Position numbers and translations under genes: made by a program
Shown: positions 10,566 through 20,773 of the stretch, one piece after another
How positions within the stretch are numbered: position 1 is the stretch's first letter
Layout: each line of letters opens with the position of its first letter
Assembly (NCBI RefSeq): GCF_006345805.1
Contig: NW_021831900.1
Coordinates: forward strand, 1-34,451
Direction: 5' to 3'
Length of the DNA: 34,451 bases
Source of the DNA: Octopus sinensis
Taxonomy: Eukaryota
The notes under the pieces: generated by a model
The model's input: the letters and a program-made list of their open reading frames with translations, nothing else
The model's database searches: none
What the model was told of the DNA's origin: nothing

Positions 10566-10771
10566 TCGCATTACCTTTCATCAGACATTAGTATGATCTC
10601 AAAAGTCCGATGACTTATCGGTTTTAATGAATAGCATACTACATATCGGTTAGTAGTTCATACGACCTAAAAGTAGCACACACTAAAACATTAAAGCAGT
10701 AATATTTAGAAGATTGTTAACAGCCATTCATTCTCTGGTTGGTCGTAACAAACAACTTTCCAAATATACTG

Positions 10772-10978
10772 CTCTTTCACACGTTTCAGTCATTTGACTG
10801 TGGCCATGCTGGAGTACTGCCTTAACGGGTTTTAGTCGAACAAATTTTACCCCAGGACTTATTCTTTGTAAACCTAGTATTTATTCTATCGGTTCTTTTG
10901 TCAAACAGCTAAGTTAGAGGGACGTGAACACACCACCATCAGTTGTCAAGCGATGGTGGGGGCACAAACACAAACACA
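10772..10978 (-). mobile_element. 3' half of CORE-type SINE
   Basis: Reverse complement of the tail half of 11130-11530. Confidence 0.85.
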
Positions 10979-11010
<32 letters not shown>

Positions 11011-11018
11011 ATGTATAC

Positions 11019-11124
<106 letters not shown>

Positions 11125-11129
11125 GTATA

Positions 11130-11530
11130 GGCGCAGGAGTGGCTGTGTGGTAAGTAGCTTGCTTACCAACCACATGGTTCCAGGTTCAGTCCCACTGTGT
11201 GGCATCTTGGGCAACTGTCTTCTACTATGGCCTCGGGCCGACCAAAGCCTTGTGAGTGAATTTGGTAGACGGAAACAGACAGAAGCCCGTCGTATATATG
11301 CATATATGTGTTGTGTGTGTGTGTGTTTGTCCCCCTAGCATTGCTTGACAACCGATGCTGGTGTGTTTACGTCCCCGTAATGTAGTGGTTCGGCAAAAAA
11401 GACAGATAGACTATGTACTAGGCTTACAAAAGAATAAGTCGTGGGGTCGATTTGCTCGATCAACTAAAGGCAGTGCTCCAGCATGGCCGCAGTCAAATGA
11501 CTGAAACAAGTAAAAGAGTAACAGAGTAAG
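11130..11530 (+). mobile_element. Full-length CORE-type SINE
   Basis: ggcgcaggagtggctgtgtggtaag...gactgaaacaagtaaaagagta. Confidence 0.9.
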
Positions 11531-12022
11531 ATGCAATAATATTTTAAGGATTAAATATTTTCACCTTCATCAATGAATTGCTCGACAAAGACAGACATCG
11601 TCACATGGAAGCTTAATGAATCACTGATTTGAAGACAGGAGTAGCACAAAAACATTTGTCTATTGTGGAAAGTAGACAAACTGGTTGGTCACATATTTAC
11701 CGCCGAAAGGCAGTCCCGTCTATTCAGCTTAACCAATGGAGATTTAACCCATCGCTGCGTGCTAGGTCATACATAACACAGATTTTTACGTCATGAAATG
11801 TACGGGGGATCTGATAATCTCCACAGACGGCTTTTGAAAAAATGATAAAGTAGGCCAGTTCTGTTGCTTTGTGCGATTGTGGTTTCATGCTCCTATTCAA
11901 TCCAACCTGCCGAACAAAAAAAATGCTTCCAGTCAGGCCCACCCATGACAATTCTTAGTTAATCCCTGCTTTACATAGTGATCGGTGTCAACGTCGTGTT
12001 TATCACCGACACAACCAGGACA

Positions 12023-12188
12023 GGCACAGGGGTGGCTGTGTGGTTAAGAAGCTTGCCTTCTCAACCATGTGGTCTTCGGTTCAGTCCCACCGTGTGGCAC
12101 CTTAGACCAGTGTCTTCGACTATAGCCCTAGATTGACAAAAAGCCTTATGAGAAGATTTGGCAGATGGAAACAAAAAAATCCCGCCCT
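12023..12188 (+). mobile_element. CORE-type SINE 5' half
   Basis: A/B boxes and gtggcaccttagaccagtgtctt. Confidence 0.8.
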
Positions 12189-12202
12189 GTGTGTGTGTGT
12201 GT

Positions 12203-12395
12203 ACTCTTTACTCTCTTTTACTTGTTTCAGTCATTTGACTGTGGCCATGTGGAGCAAATCGACCCCAGGACTTATTCTTTGTAAGCCCAGTACTTATTCT
12301 ATCAGTAGCATTTGCCAAACCGCTAAGTTATAGGAACGTAAACACACCAGCATCAGTTGTCAAGCAATGCTAGGGGTACAAACACAGACACACAC
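12203..12395 (-). mobile_element. CORE-type SINE 3' half
   Basis: cttgtttcagtcatttgactgtggccatg...gttgtcaagcaatgctaggggg. Confidence 0.8.
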
Positions 12396-12808
12396 ACACA
12401 CTATATATATATATATATATACACATATATATGCATACATATATATACCTACATACACATATGTATATATAGCAAATTCACATACATGCATACATATACA
12501 AGCATATGTACATACATACATACGCATAAATACACAAAAACACACACATACATACATAAAACATATACACACGCATACACATATATATATATATATATAA
12601 TACTTAATGCATCCCAGATTTCAGAAGACGTCCACCCTAGGCTTGCGTGTCACAAGTGGCAACTAAAAGCACTTAGTAGCTTCAGTAGCCACTTGTGACA
12701 CCCTTAAAAATGTCCTGGCAAGAAGGGCACCCTTAGAAATGTCCTCTCCAAACCCACGCCAGCATGGAAAAACCCCCCTAATGAGTTAAAAAAAAAAAAG
12801 ACACAGAC

Positions 12809-12906
12809 GTAGTAGTAGTAGTAGCAGTAGTAGTAGTGGTTAAAGCAGCAGCAGCAGTAGTAGTAGTAATAGTAGTTGTAGTAGTAGTAGCAGTAGTAGT
12901 AGTAGC

Positions 12907-12944
<38 letters not shown>

Positions 12945-13043
12945 CAGTGGTAGTAGTAGTAGTAGCAGCAGCAGCAGCAGCAGCACAGCAGCAGTAGCAG
13001 CAGCAGCAGTCGTAGTAGTAGTAGCAGCAGCAGCAGCAGTAGT
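12809..13043. repeat. Mixed (TAG)n/(CAG)n trinucleotide repeat
   Basis: Direct inspection; explains the poly-L/C/Y ORF 12704-13147. Confidence 0.95.
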
Positions 13044-13431
13044 AAGTGTATCAAAAAGAGAGAAAGTGTGTGTGTGTGTGTGTCTGACAGCTGGGACTTA
13101 GTTTTGTGGACTTTCATCCTTACCACATTCCCCTGCCCCACCCCCACGTCATCTCAAACAACTTCCTCCTCCTCCCCCATCCCTTACCAACAAATCTCAG
13201 GGCTTTTTCCCCTTTTTTCTCTTTTTTTTTGCACTGTTTCGCTCTGCTTTTTGTTTTTTTTTTAGTTATCGTTTCATCTTCTTTCTTCTCTTGACTGCAT
13301 TAAGTTTAACGAAAGCATCTGATTTAAATATATAATGAAAAAAAATATTCCAAAAAAAAAAAAGCAATTTGCCCACCCCACCCCCTCCTGAATGATGGCC
13401 ACAGATATGTTTCAAGTTAAAATTTTATCAG

Positions 13432-13481
13432 TGAAAAAAGGGTCCTATCTCCATCCTCACATCATCACCCCCAATGATACG
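13432..13481 (+). other. Weak candidate exon (50 nt)
   Basis: Acceptor aaaattttatcag|, consensus donor ACG|gtgagt; single open frame xKKGSYLHPHIITPNDT. Confidence 0.2.
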
Positions 13482-13592
13482 GTGAGTGAATACACACACA
13501 CACAGGTGCGGACAACTGAAGCAAGCCAAAGAAGGACCCTTCACAGCAGAAGTCTCGAATCACTTCTGGATAAGTTTCAGGCACAACAATTT

Positions 13593-13766
13593 TTAGCAGT
13601 ATTTTGTCAGGTCTTTACATCCTGAGTTCAAATTCCGCCGAGGTCAACTTTACCTTTCATCCTTTCAGAGTCAATAAATTAAGTACCAGTTGCATACTGG
13701 GATCGATCCAATTGACTGGCCCCCTCCCCCAAAATTTCGGGACTTGTGCCTAGAGTAGAAAAGAAT
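13593..13766 (+). mobile_element. SINE fragment: family N body with alternative tail
   Basis: gagttcaaattccgccgaggtcaactttacc...gtaccagt followed by ccccctcccccaaaatttcgggacttgtgcctagagtagaaaagaatt. Confidence 0.8.
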
Positions 13767-14071
13767 TTAATTAGCCATCAGATACACTGACTCTCTCCCC
13801 ATCTCTCTCTCTCTCACCACAACCACTATTACACATCATTACCATCAAAAGAGACAGAAATAAGCCAGCCAGCCAGAAGGTCAATGGGTCCGTCTGAAAC
13901 AGAGTCACCCAGACAGGCACAAAATGTAAGAGTACAAGAGATGTGAGCAGAGAATGAAGTTCAGAGAATCAGAGTGGAACACAGCTGACCTGGGCAGCCA
14001 GGTGTGTGTGTTGGGGGTGTTAAGCATTGGTAGATTGACACCAGGATGTAGGATAGGTGTGTGTGTGTGTG

Positions 14072-14570
14072 TTACTTGTTTCAGTCATTACATTGCGCCC
14101 ATGCTGGGGCACCACCTTGAATTTTTACTCCAATGAATCAACCCTGGTACTTGTTTCTTTTTGAAACCTGGTACTTATTTCAGCGCTAAGTTACAGGGAT
14201 GTAAATAAACCAACACCAGTTGTCAAGCAGTGATGGGGGACAAACAGAAACACAAAGATACACACACACACATATATATATATATAGAAACTCTGCCAGA
14301 TCAAGACTGGAGCCTGGTGCAGCCATCTGGTTCGCCAGCCTTCAGTCAAACCATCCAACCCATGCTAGCATCGAAAGCGGACATTAAACGATGATGATGA
14401 TGATGATGATATATATATAACAGGTTTTTTTCGGTTTCTGTCTACCAAATCCACCCATAAGGTTTTGGCCAGCCTGGGGCTATAGTAAAAGATACTTGCC
14501 TAAGGTGCCACGCAGTGGGACTGAACCCAGAACCATGTGGTTGGGAATCAAGTTTCTTACCACACACATC
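14072..14570. mobile_element. Cluster of SINE fragments: CORE 3' half (-, 14072-14259), RTE-tail fragment (+, 14286-14410), CORE 5' half (-, 14418-14570)
   Basis: Motif identity to full copies elsewhere in the window. Confidence 0.75.
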
Positions 14571-14780
14571 TCTTAATATGTATATATATTTTGGTCAAGT
14601 GTCTTCTGCTATAACTTCAGGTCAATCAAAGACTTGTGAGTGGATTCGTTAAAAAGAAACTGAAAGAAGCTCATTGCATGCATGTCGTTGCGCTTGGCAT
14701 CACATGATGGTCATAGGTGTCGCTATAATGCAAGCAGGGTCATTCATCTCTAATCTTCCGTGAACAAAGATCGTCTCTTA

Positions 14781-15277
14781 GCAACAGCTCAGCTACTGGG
14801 AAAGGTTGAAACAGCTAAAACTCTACTCCCTGGAGAGAAGACGGGAGAGGTATGCAGTAATATGTCTGGAAGATCCTGGAAGGAATTGTGCCAAATTTTG
14901 GCATTGTAAGCTACACCAATGCTAGAACGGGACGACACTGCATTGTGCCAAAGATCCCAGCAATGCCATCACGCTTCAGGACCAGTTACTGCAACAGCCT
15001 GGGTTTCAAGGGCCCACAGCTTTTTAATATTCTCCCAAAGAGTCTGAGGAACTTGCACAAGGTAGATGTAGGGGTTTTTAAATCAAAACTGGACCTCTTC
15101 CTGTCGAGAGTCCCAGATGAACCTACCTCACGGCAAGAGGTGCAAATGAGAGTAGCTATATCAAACTCCATTCTTCACCAGGTGCCACATATTAGAGGAG
15201 ATTCTTCATAATAACAGTGTAGCACAAAACGGCGGTGCATCAGCATGGCCGCAGCTCTGAGCTGAAACAAGAAAAAC
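14781..15277 (+). mobile_element. 5'-truncated CR1/L2-type LINE: ORF2 C-terminus plus 3' UTR
   Basis: SYWERLKQLKLYSLERRRERYAVI/(2-nt frameshift)VWKILEGIVPNFG...GPQLFNILPKSLRNLHKVDVGVFKSKLDLFLSRVPDEP...SNSILHQ..*; typical CR1-group C-terminal motifs. Confidence 0.85.
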
Positions 15278-15287
15278 GAATATATAT

Positions 15288-15549
15288 ATGCTAGAACGGG
15301 ACGACACTGCATAGTGCCAAAGATCCCAGCAACGCCATCACACTTCAGGACCAGTTACTGCAACAGCCTGGGTTTCAAGGCCCCACAGCTTTTTAATATT
15401 CTCCCAAAGAGTCTGAGGAACTTGCACAAAGTAGATGTAGCGGTTTGTAAATCAAAACTGGACCTCTTCCTGTCGAGAGTCCCAGATGAACCTACCTCAC
15501 GGCAAGAGGTGCAAATGAGAGTAGCTATATCAAACTCCATTCTTCACCA
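15288..15549 (+). mobile_element. Second copy (262 bp) of the same LINE segment
   Basis: Duplicates 14919-15180 with few substitutions; lacks the 3' UTR. Confidence 0.9.
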
Positions 15550-15959
15550 AACACATATCTTGGTCACAAGAAAATATTACTTGGAAATGGGTGAGGGTTG
15601 GCAACAGGAAGAGCATCCGACTGTAGGAAAACACACCGCGGCAAAATCCATCTGACCCATGGCAAGCATGGAAAAGTGGACATTAAAATGATGATGATGG
15701 TGTTGATGATGATGATGATGATGAAATAAGGAAGCTGTAGTAAGGAATTTCAAAGAGCTGTTAACTCTGCTGGCAACAAAGTGATCCATTATCTTTATGA
15801 GTGAAAGGCAGACAGTGTGGTGCTTGTAAAAGAAATGTGATGTTTTATGGTAATATGATGTACATATTGAATGCAAAGAATGTGCAGAGATTAGCAAAAA
15901 AAAAACCGAAAGAAAGAAACGAGTGTATTCTACAGAATATATAATGTTAGTGTGCATGA

Positions 15960-16226
15960 ACTTTAGATTATAAATGAGCCGAGAGAGAATAAGTGAGAGG
16001 TGTAAGAAAAAGCAGATGTGGTTATGAAGAGGAGAGACTGCACTGGTCGGGACTTTTGGTGCATCTGGAAGTTGGATGAAGAATTTTAGATTTGGGTAGA
16101 GAATTGCCAAGTGATCCAAGTGGAAGGAAACTGGTGAAGAGGAAGAAAAACTGAAGAAGACATGTGAAGAATTGGTGAATGTTTATCTTGGGATGGTGAA
16201 GAAATTCATGAAGGGAAAGGGTAAAA
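15960..16226 (+). mobile_element. Highly decayed RTE-type LINE ORF C-terminal fragment
   Basis: EERLHWSG (cf. RRLRWxGHV) and VEGN-GRGR-KKT-EE-V (cf. GRGRPxKTW) motifs across stops and frameshifts. Confidence 0.45.
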
Positions 16227-16614
16227 AGAAATGCCACATGTACCGAGACATGGAGACGGAGAAGATTTTTCTAACCTCTGCAGAAATATTTAATGATAAT
16301 ATATATATATACATATAACCACACATACACACAAGTACATACATAAACATACACACACACACACAGATTTGTTTTCTGTTTTTTTATGTTCTTCCATGTC
16401 GGGATAGGCTAGACACACAGATAGAAATGCCACATGTACCGAGACATGGTGTCGGAGAAGATTTTTCTAACCTCTGCAGAAATATTTAATGATAACATAT
16501 ATATACATATAACCACATATACACACAAGTACATACATAAACACACACACACACACACATTTGTTTACTGTTTTTTTATGTTCTTCCATGTCGGGATAGG
16601 CTAGACACACAGAT
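16227..16614. repeat. Tandem duplication, ~196-bp unit
   Basis: agaaatgccacatgtaccgagacatgg...gggataggctagacacacagat starts at 16227 and again at 16423. Confidence 0.92.
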
Positions 16615-16785
16615 ATTTTTGTGGTATCATTTTACAACCAGACGCCCTTCCTGTTGCTAAACCTTACCTGTTTCTCAAATAAGGGATTTTTCATTCCACT
16701 CCTCTTTGAAAGCACGGTGCTAACAGACAATTCATTTGGCAGAGAATTGCCAACAAGCAACACCATATTTGTATATGTGTGTGTA

Positions 16786-17053
16786 CATCATTACCATCAT
16801 CATTCAACGTCCTTTTTCCATGCTGGCATGGGTTGGAAGGTCTGACTGGAGACTGGCAAGCCAGGAGGCTGCACCAGGCTCCAGTGTTTCTACAGCTGGA
16901 TGCCCTTCCTAAAGCCAACTACTCCAAGAGTGTAGTAAGTGCTTTTTACATGCCACCGGCATGGGAGCCAGTCAGGTGGTACTGACATTGGCCACGTCCA
17001 GATGGTGCTTTTTACGTGCTGCCGGCACAGGGATCCAGTCAGATGGCACTGAC
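16786..17053 (-). mobile_element. RTE-type-tail SINE 3' part
   Basis: ttccatgctggcatgggttgg...ggatgcccttcc...gtgctttttacgtgc. Confidence 0.8.
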
Positions 17054-17182
17054 TTTATATATAAATAAATTAAGCAGAAAATAGAGAAATCTTGATCAAC
17101 ATCAATTGGCTAACATCAATTATTATTTTTTAATATAAAACTTTATCCCATCTAACAGCCGTTTCTGCTTCCGATGTTCTAC

Positions 17183-17425
17183 GGTGTTGCCATCGAAAAT
17201 TCTAAGAACAATATTCATGATATTTTGTCAGATATACAATTGGATATGTTACAAAATAGGACGAATATTATTCTCAGAATTTTCAATGGCAACACCAGAA
17301 AAGCTGAAAGACTGCTGCAATAAGTGTGCGAATCTGAGAGGGGAATATGTTGGATAAAATCATAATTAACTGATCCCCCTGTATTTTTCTTTTACCCAAA
17401 GCCAGGAACTTTTCAGCCTCACCTC
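17183..17425 (+). mobile_element. Mariner/Tc1-derived non-autonomous fragment with a 114-bp palindrome
   Basis: Palindrome 17183-17296; the right arm runs into FNGNTRKAERLLQ / CNKCANLRGEYVG* (frameshifted; cf. mariner KCVxxxGxYVE*) and a TIR-like ggaacttttcagcctcacctc. Confidence 0.65.
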
Positions 17426-17503
17426 TCATGTGTGTGTACATAAATTATATATATATATATGTGTGTGTGTTGTGTGTGTGTGTGTTGTGTGTGTGGTGTG
17501 TTG

Positions 17504-17539
<36 letters not shown>

Positions 17540-17670
17540 ATATATTGTGTGTGTGGTGTGTATATTATATATATATAATATATATAAAATATTATTAGAG
17601 ACAAAACACTATTTTGCAAAACATTTTTTTCCCTGTAAATTTGGATTTATTCCCTAATATTTTTATTTAT

Positions 17671-17707
<37 letters not shown>

Positions 17708-18068
17708 GGGTAAAAGGGTAAAGACCGCCCCACACTGCTTCAGCCATGAATACCCATGGGATTCGCCTAGAAATTTCCCCACCCAGATACAAATCCAGGC
17801 AAGGTTGTTTATGGAAGACTAGCAGTCACCCAAGCATATCAGCCTCGCTTCCCCATACCACTGATGTTATCCAAGGAAAAGGAAAAGGCTGATACAGCTT
17901 GGCGCCAGTGATGTCGCAACTCATTTCTTCAAAAGCTGACTGAACTGGAGAGCAACATGAAATAAAGTGTCTTGCTCAAGAACTCAACATACAGCCTGGT
18001 CTAGGAATTGAACTCACTACCTCATGATTATGAGCCCAACGCTCTAACCACTGAGCTATGAACCTTCA
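17708..18068 (-). mobile_element. Full-length tRNA-derived CORE-type SINE of another family
   Basis: Minus strand: tagctcagtggttagagcg (A box), gagttcaattcc (B box), ttcttgagcaagacacttta (CORE-like), tail ...tctttacccttttaccc. Confidence 0.8.
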
Positions 18069-18098
18069 CTCTATATATATATGTGTGTGTTATGTATG

Positions 18099-18130
<32 letters not shown>

Positions 18131-18393
18131 TATATATATACACACGCATATATACACACACACACATATACACACACATACACACACATACATACACATA
18201 TATACACACACATACACACATATATACACACACATATATACACACACATACACACACATATATACACACATACACACACACACACATATATATTACACAC
18301 ACATACACATATATACACACATATATATATACATACACACACATATGTATGTTATGTATGTATATATACTTATATTATATGTATTATATGTAT

Positions 18394-19345
18394 GGACACA
18401 AAGACCGGCTGAGGCAAGCGAAGTCGATATAGAACCTCATCCGACGACAGACACCCATGCCAACCCCCCATGCTTGCGAAGACATGTTGGGGGGCAAGCG
18501 AAATCGAAACCGAATTGAACCAGCCAGGATCCCTGGCCTGGTGTTACGTAAAAAGCACCATCCGACTCGTGGCCGTGGCACGTAAAATACTCCAATGCGA
18601 CCGTACGACAGGCACCCATGCCAACCTCCTTTGCTTGTGAAGACATGTTGGGGCAGCGAAATCGAATCGAAATCGAAATCGAATTGACCAGCCAGGATCC
18701 CTGGTCTGGTGGTACGTAAAAAGCACTATCCGACTCGTGGCCGTGGCAGTAAAATACTCCAATGCGACCGTACGACAGGCACCCTTGCCACCCCCTTGCT
18801 TGTGAAGACATGTTGGGGCAAGCGAAATCGAAATCGAATCGAAATCGATTGAACCAGCCAGGACCCTGGTCTGGTGGTAGTAAAAAGCACTATCCGACTC
18901 GGGCCGTGGCACGTAAAATACTCCAATGCGACCGTACGACAGGCACCCTTGCCAACCCCCTTGCTTGGAATACATGTTGGGGCAAGCGAAATCGAAATCG
19001 AATTGAACCAGCAGGATCCCTGGTCTGGTGGTACTTAAAAAGCACTATCCAACTCGTGGCCGATGCCAGCACCGCCTCGACTGGCTTCCGTGCCGGTGGC
19101 ACATAAAATACACCAATCTGACCGTGGCCGTTGCCAGCCACGCCTGGCACCTGTGCAGGGGCACGTAAAAAGCACCCACTACACTCACTAGTGGTTGCGT
19201 TAGGAAGGGCATCCAGCTGTAGAAACATTGCCATATAAGACTGGAGCCTGGTGTGGCCTTCTGGCTTCCCAGATCCCCGGTCGAACCGTCCAACCCATGC
19301 TAGCATGGAAAGCGGACGTTAAACGACGATGATGATGATGATGAT
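18394..19345 (+). mobile_element. RTE-type-tail repeat element with an internal array of four ~160-bp units (about 18445-19065)
   Basis: Marker gcgaaatcgaa at 18498, 18656, 18822 and 18986; ends tccaacccatgctagcatggaaagcggacgttaaacgacgatgatg. Confidence 0.85.
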
Positions 19346-19740
19346 ATATATGTGTATGTATGTATATTTAGTTAATATCCAGAATATATAATCTGGGAGT
19401 TGTAGGTTTAGTAATTAGCGTTAGTGTATGTGTGGGTGGGGGTTAGGGGGTTAGGGGTTCCTGGGGGTGGGGGTTATTGACATTGCATAACACAGCCCAG
19501 AGTGTATGACTTAATTAAGCAGTCTGCATCAATAAGTATATTTCGTGTTTATCTTTTATTATTTTACAGCAGATAGAAAAATAAAGCAAGTTGTCAGGAA
19601 TGACAAAATACTCTTTTCTACACCATCTTTGTATTCTCTTTCCTTCTTCCTTTCATTTAAAAAAAATAAAAAGGAAGAAAAAAAATAACAAACAAAAACA
19701 AAAACATTCGGTGCAGTGCCAAGACAAAACAGAAGATTCT

Positions 19741-20122
19741 TTCTCTCGCTTTCTCTCTCCCTGTCCTTCTCTCTCGCTCTCTCTATCTCTCTCTCCCTCC
19801 CTCTCTCCATCTCGCTCTCTATCTCGCTCTCTCTCTCACTCTCTCTCTCACTCTATCTTTCTCTCTATCTCCCTCACGATCTCTCTCTCACTATCTCTCT
19901 CTCACTATCTCTCCATCACTATCTCTCCCTCACTATCTCTCCCTCTCTCGTTCTCTCTATCTCTCTCTCCCACTCTCTCGCACTATCTCTCTCCCTCACT
20001 CTATCTCTCTCTCTCTATCTCCCTCACTACCTCTCTCTCTACCTCTCTCCCCCTCTCCCTCGCTCTCTCTTTCTCTCTCTCCCTCACTATCTTTCTTCCC
20101 CCCCCCCTCTCTCTCTCTCTCC
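19741..20122. repeat. (CT)n-rich polypyrimidine tract with ctcactat variants
   Basis: Direct inspection; explains the S/L-rich ORFs starting at 19591 and 19716. Confidence 0.95.
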
Positions 20123-20560
20123 TAACATTGAAGCCAAACATTCAGGTTCCATCTTGCAATGTTCCAATTTTAGACCAGACAATCCCCTTGTACTGCCACC
20201 ACCAACCAACCAACCAACCAGCCAACCAACCCACCCACCAATCCACCGACCCACCCAACCAACCCACCCACCCACCAACACCGACTACCTTTGAGCTGGA
20301 TGATTCCATTAGCTCCAAGGGTAAGAACTCCTACGGTGCCAACATCAACATCTGTCGCTTTCTGTTTGCATTGCATTCAGCTTCGCTTCTCAACACAAAC
20401 AACTGCCCCTACCCTGACCCCCTTTTTTATATCTTCATTTTTTCCCAACCTTTCCTCCATTACCAATCACTAAATTTGTACATTTGCCTAAATCCACAGG
20501 TCCCCGACCCTCTTTCCTTTCCATCACCACCCCCAGGGCAGCGCTCCAAGTTGCAGTTAA

Positions 20561-20758
20561 CCTTTCAGCGTTCAGATTACTGTCAAATGTAATGCCTATT
20601 TATTCACATGAATTAATCCTGCATTATCTCGTAGCTTTGAGATTTCAATGATGTGATTATTTCTACAATGACATTGTAGGGTAAGTGTGAGAGGCCTGAT
20701 CCGGTCAGTTTGAACATAAAGCAGGTAGAGTATTTAGGCCAGATATGGGTGGTTTAAC
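20561..20758 (-). mobile_element. piggyBac-type MITE (second family), one end intact
   Basis: TTAA (20557-20560) followed by cctttcagcgttcag; other end degraded; homologous to 6747-6910. Confidence 0.6.
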
Positions 20759-20773
20759 CTCTTAATGATAAAC

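Larger units (their letters stand above)
14591..15725 (+). mobile_element. CORE-head SINE with RTE-type tail, split by a LINE insertion (left part 14591-14780, right part 15550-15725)
   Basis: Left part has the CORE motif and gggtcattcatctctaatcttcc; right part cttggaaatgggtgagggttggc...gtggacattaaaatgatgatg; body parallels 22140-22378. Confidence 0.6.

Noticed and set aside
10575-10595. CTGATGA on the minus strand as a further hammerhead
   Set aside because: No downstream GAAA or stems.
18445-19065. HDV-like ribozyme in each unit (gcgaa resembles J4/2)
   Set aside because: No P1/P2/P3 nested pseudoknot or L3 consensus could be assembled on either strand.
18437-19306. Overlapping 114-143-aa ORFs, and a possible CRISPR-like array
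   Set aside because: Frames shift between repeat units; the units are contiguous with no unique spacers; eukaryotic context and no cas genes.
19432-19476. ggttagggggttagggg as an interstitial telomere
   Set aside because: Only degenerate units; at most a generic G4-prone tract.
19591-20592. 333-aa ORF, the longest in the window
   Set aside because: Mostly (CT)n and (CCAA)n repeats giving S/L and P/T/Q runs; no recognisable domain.
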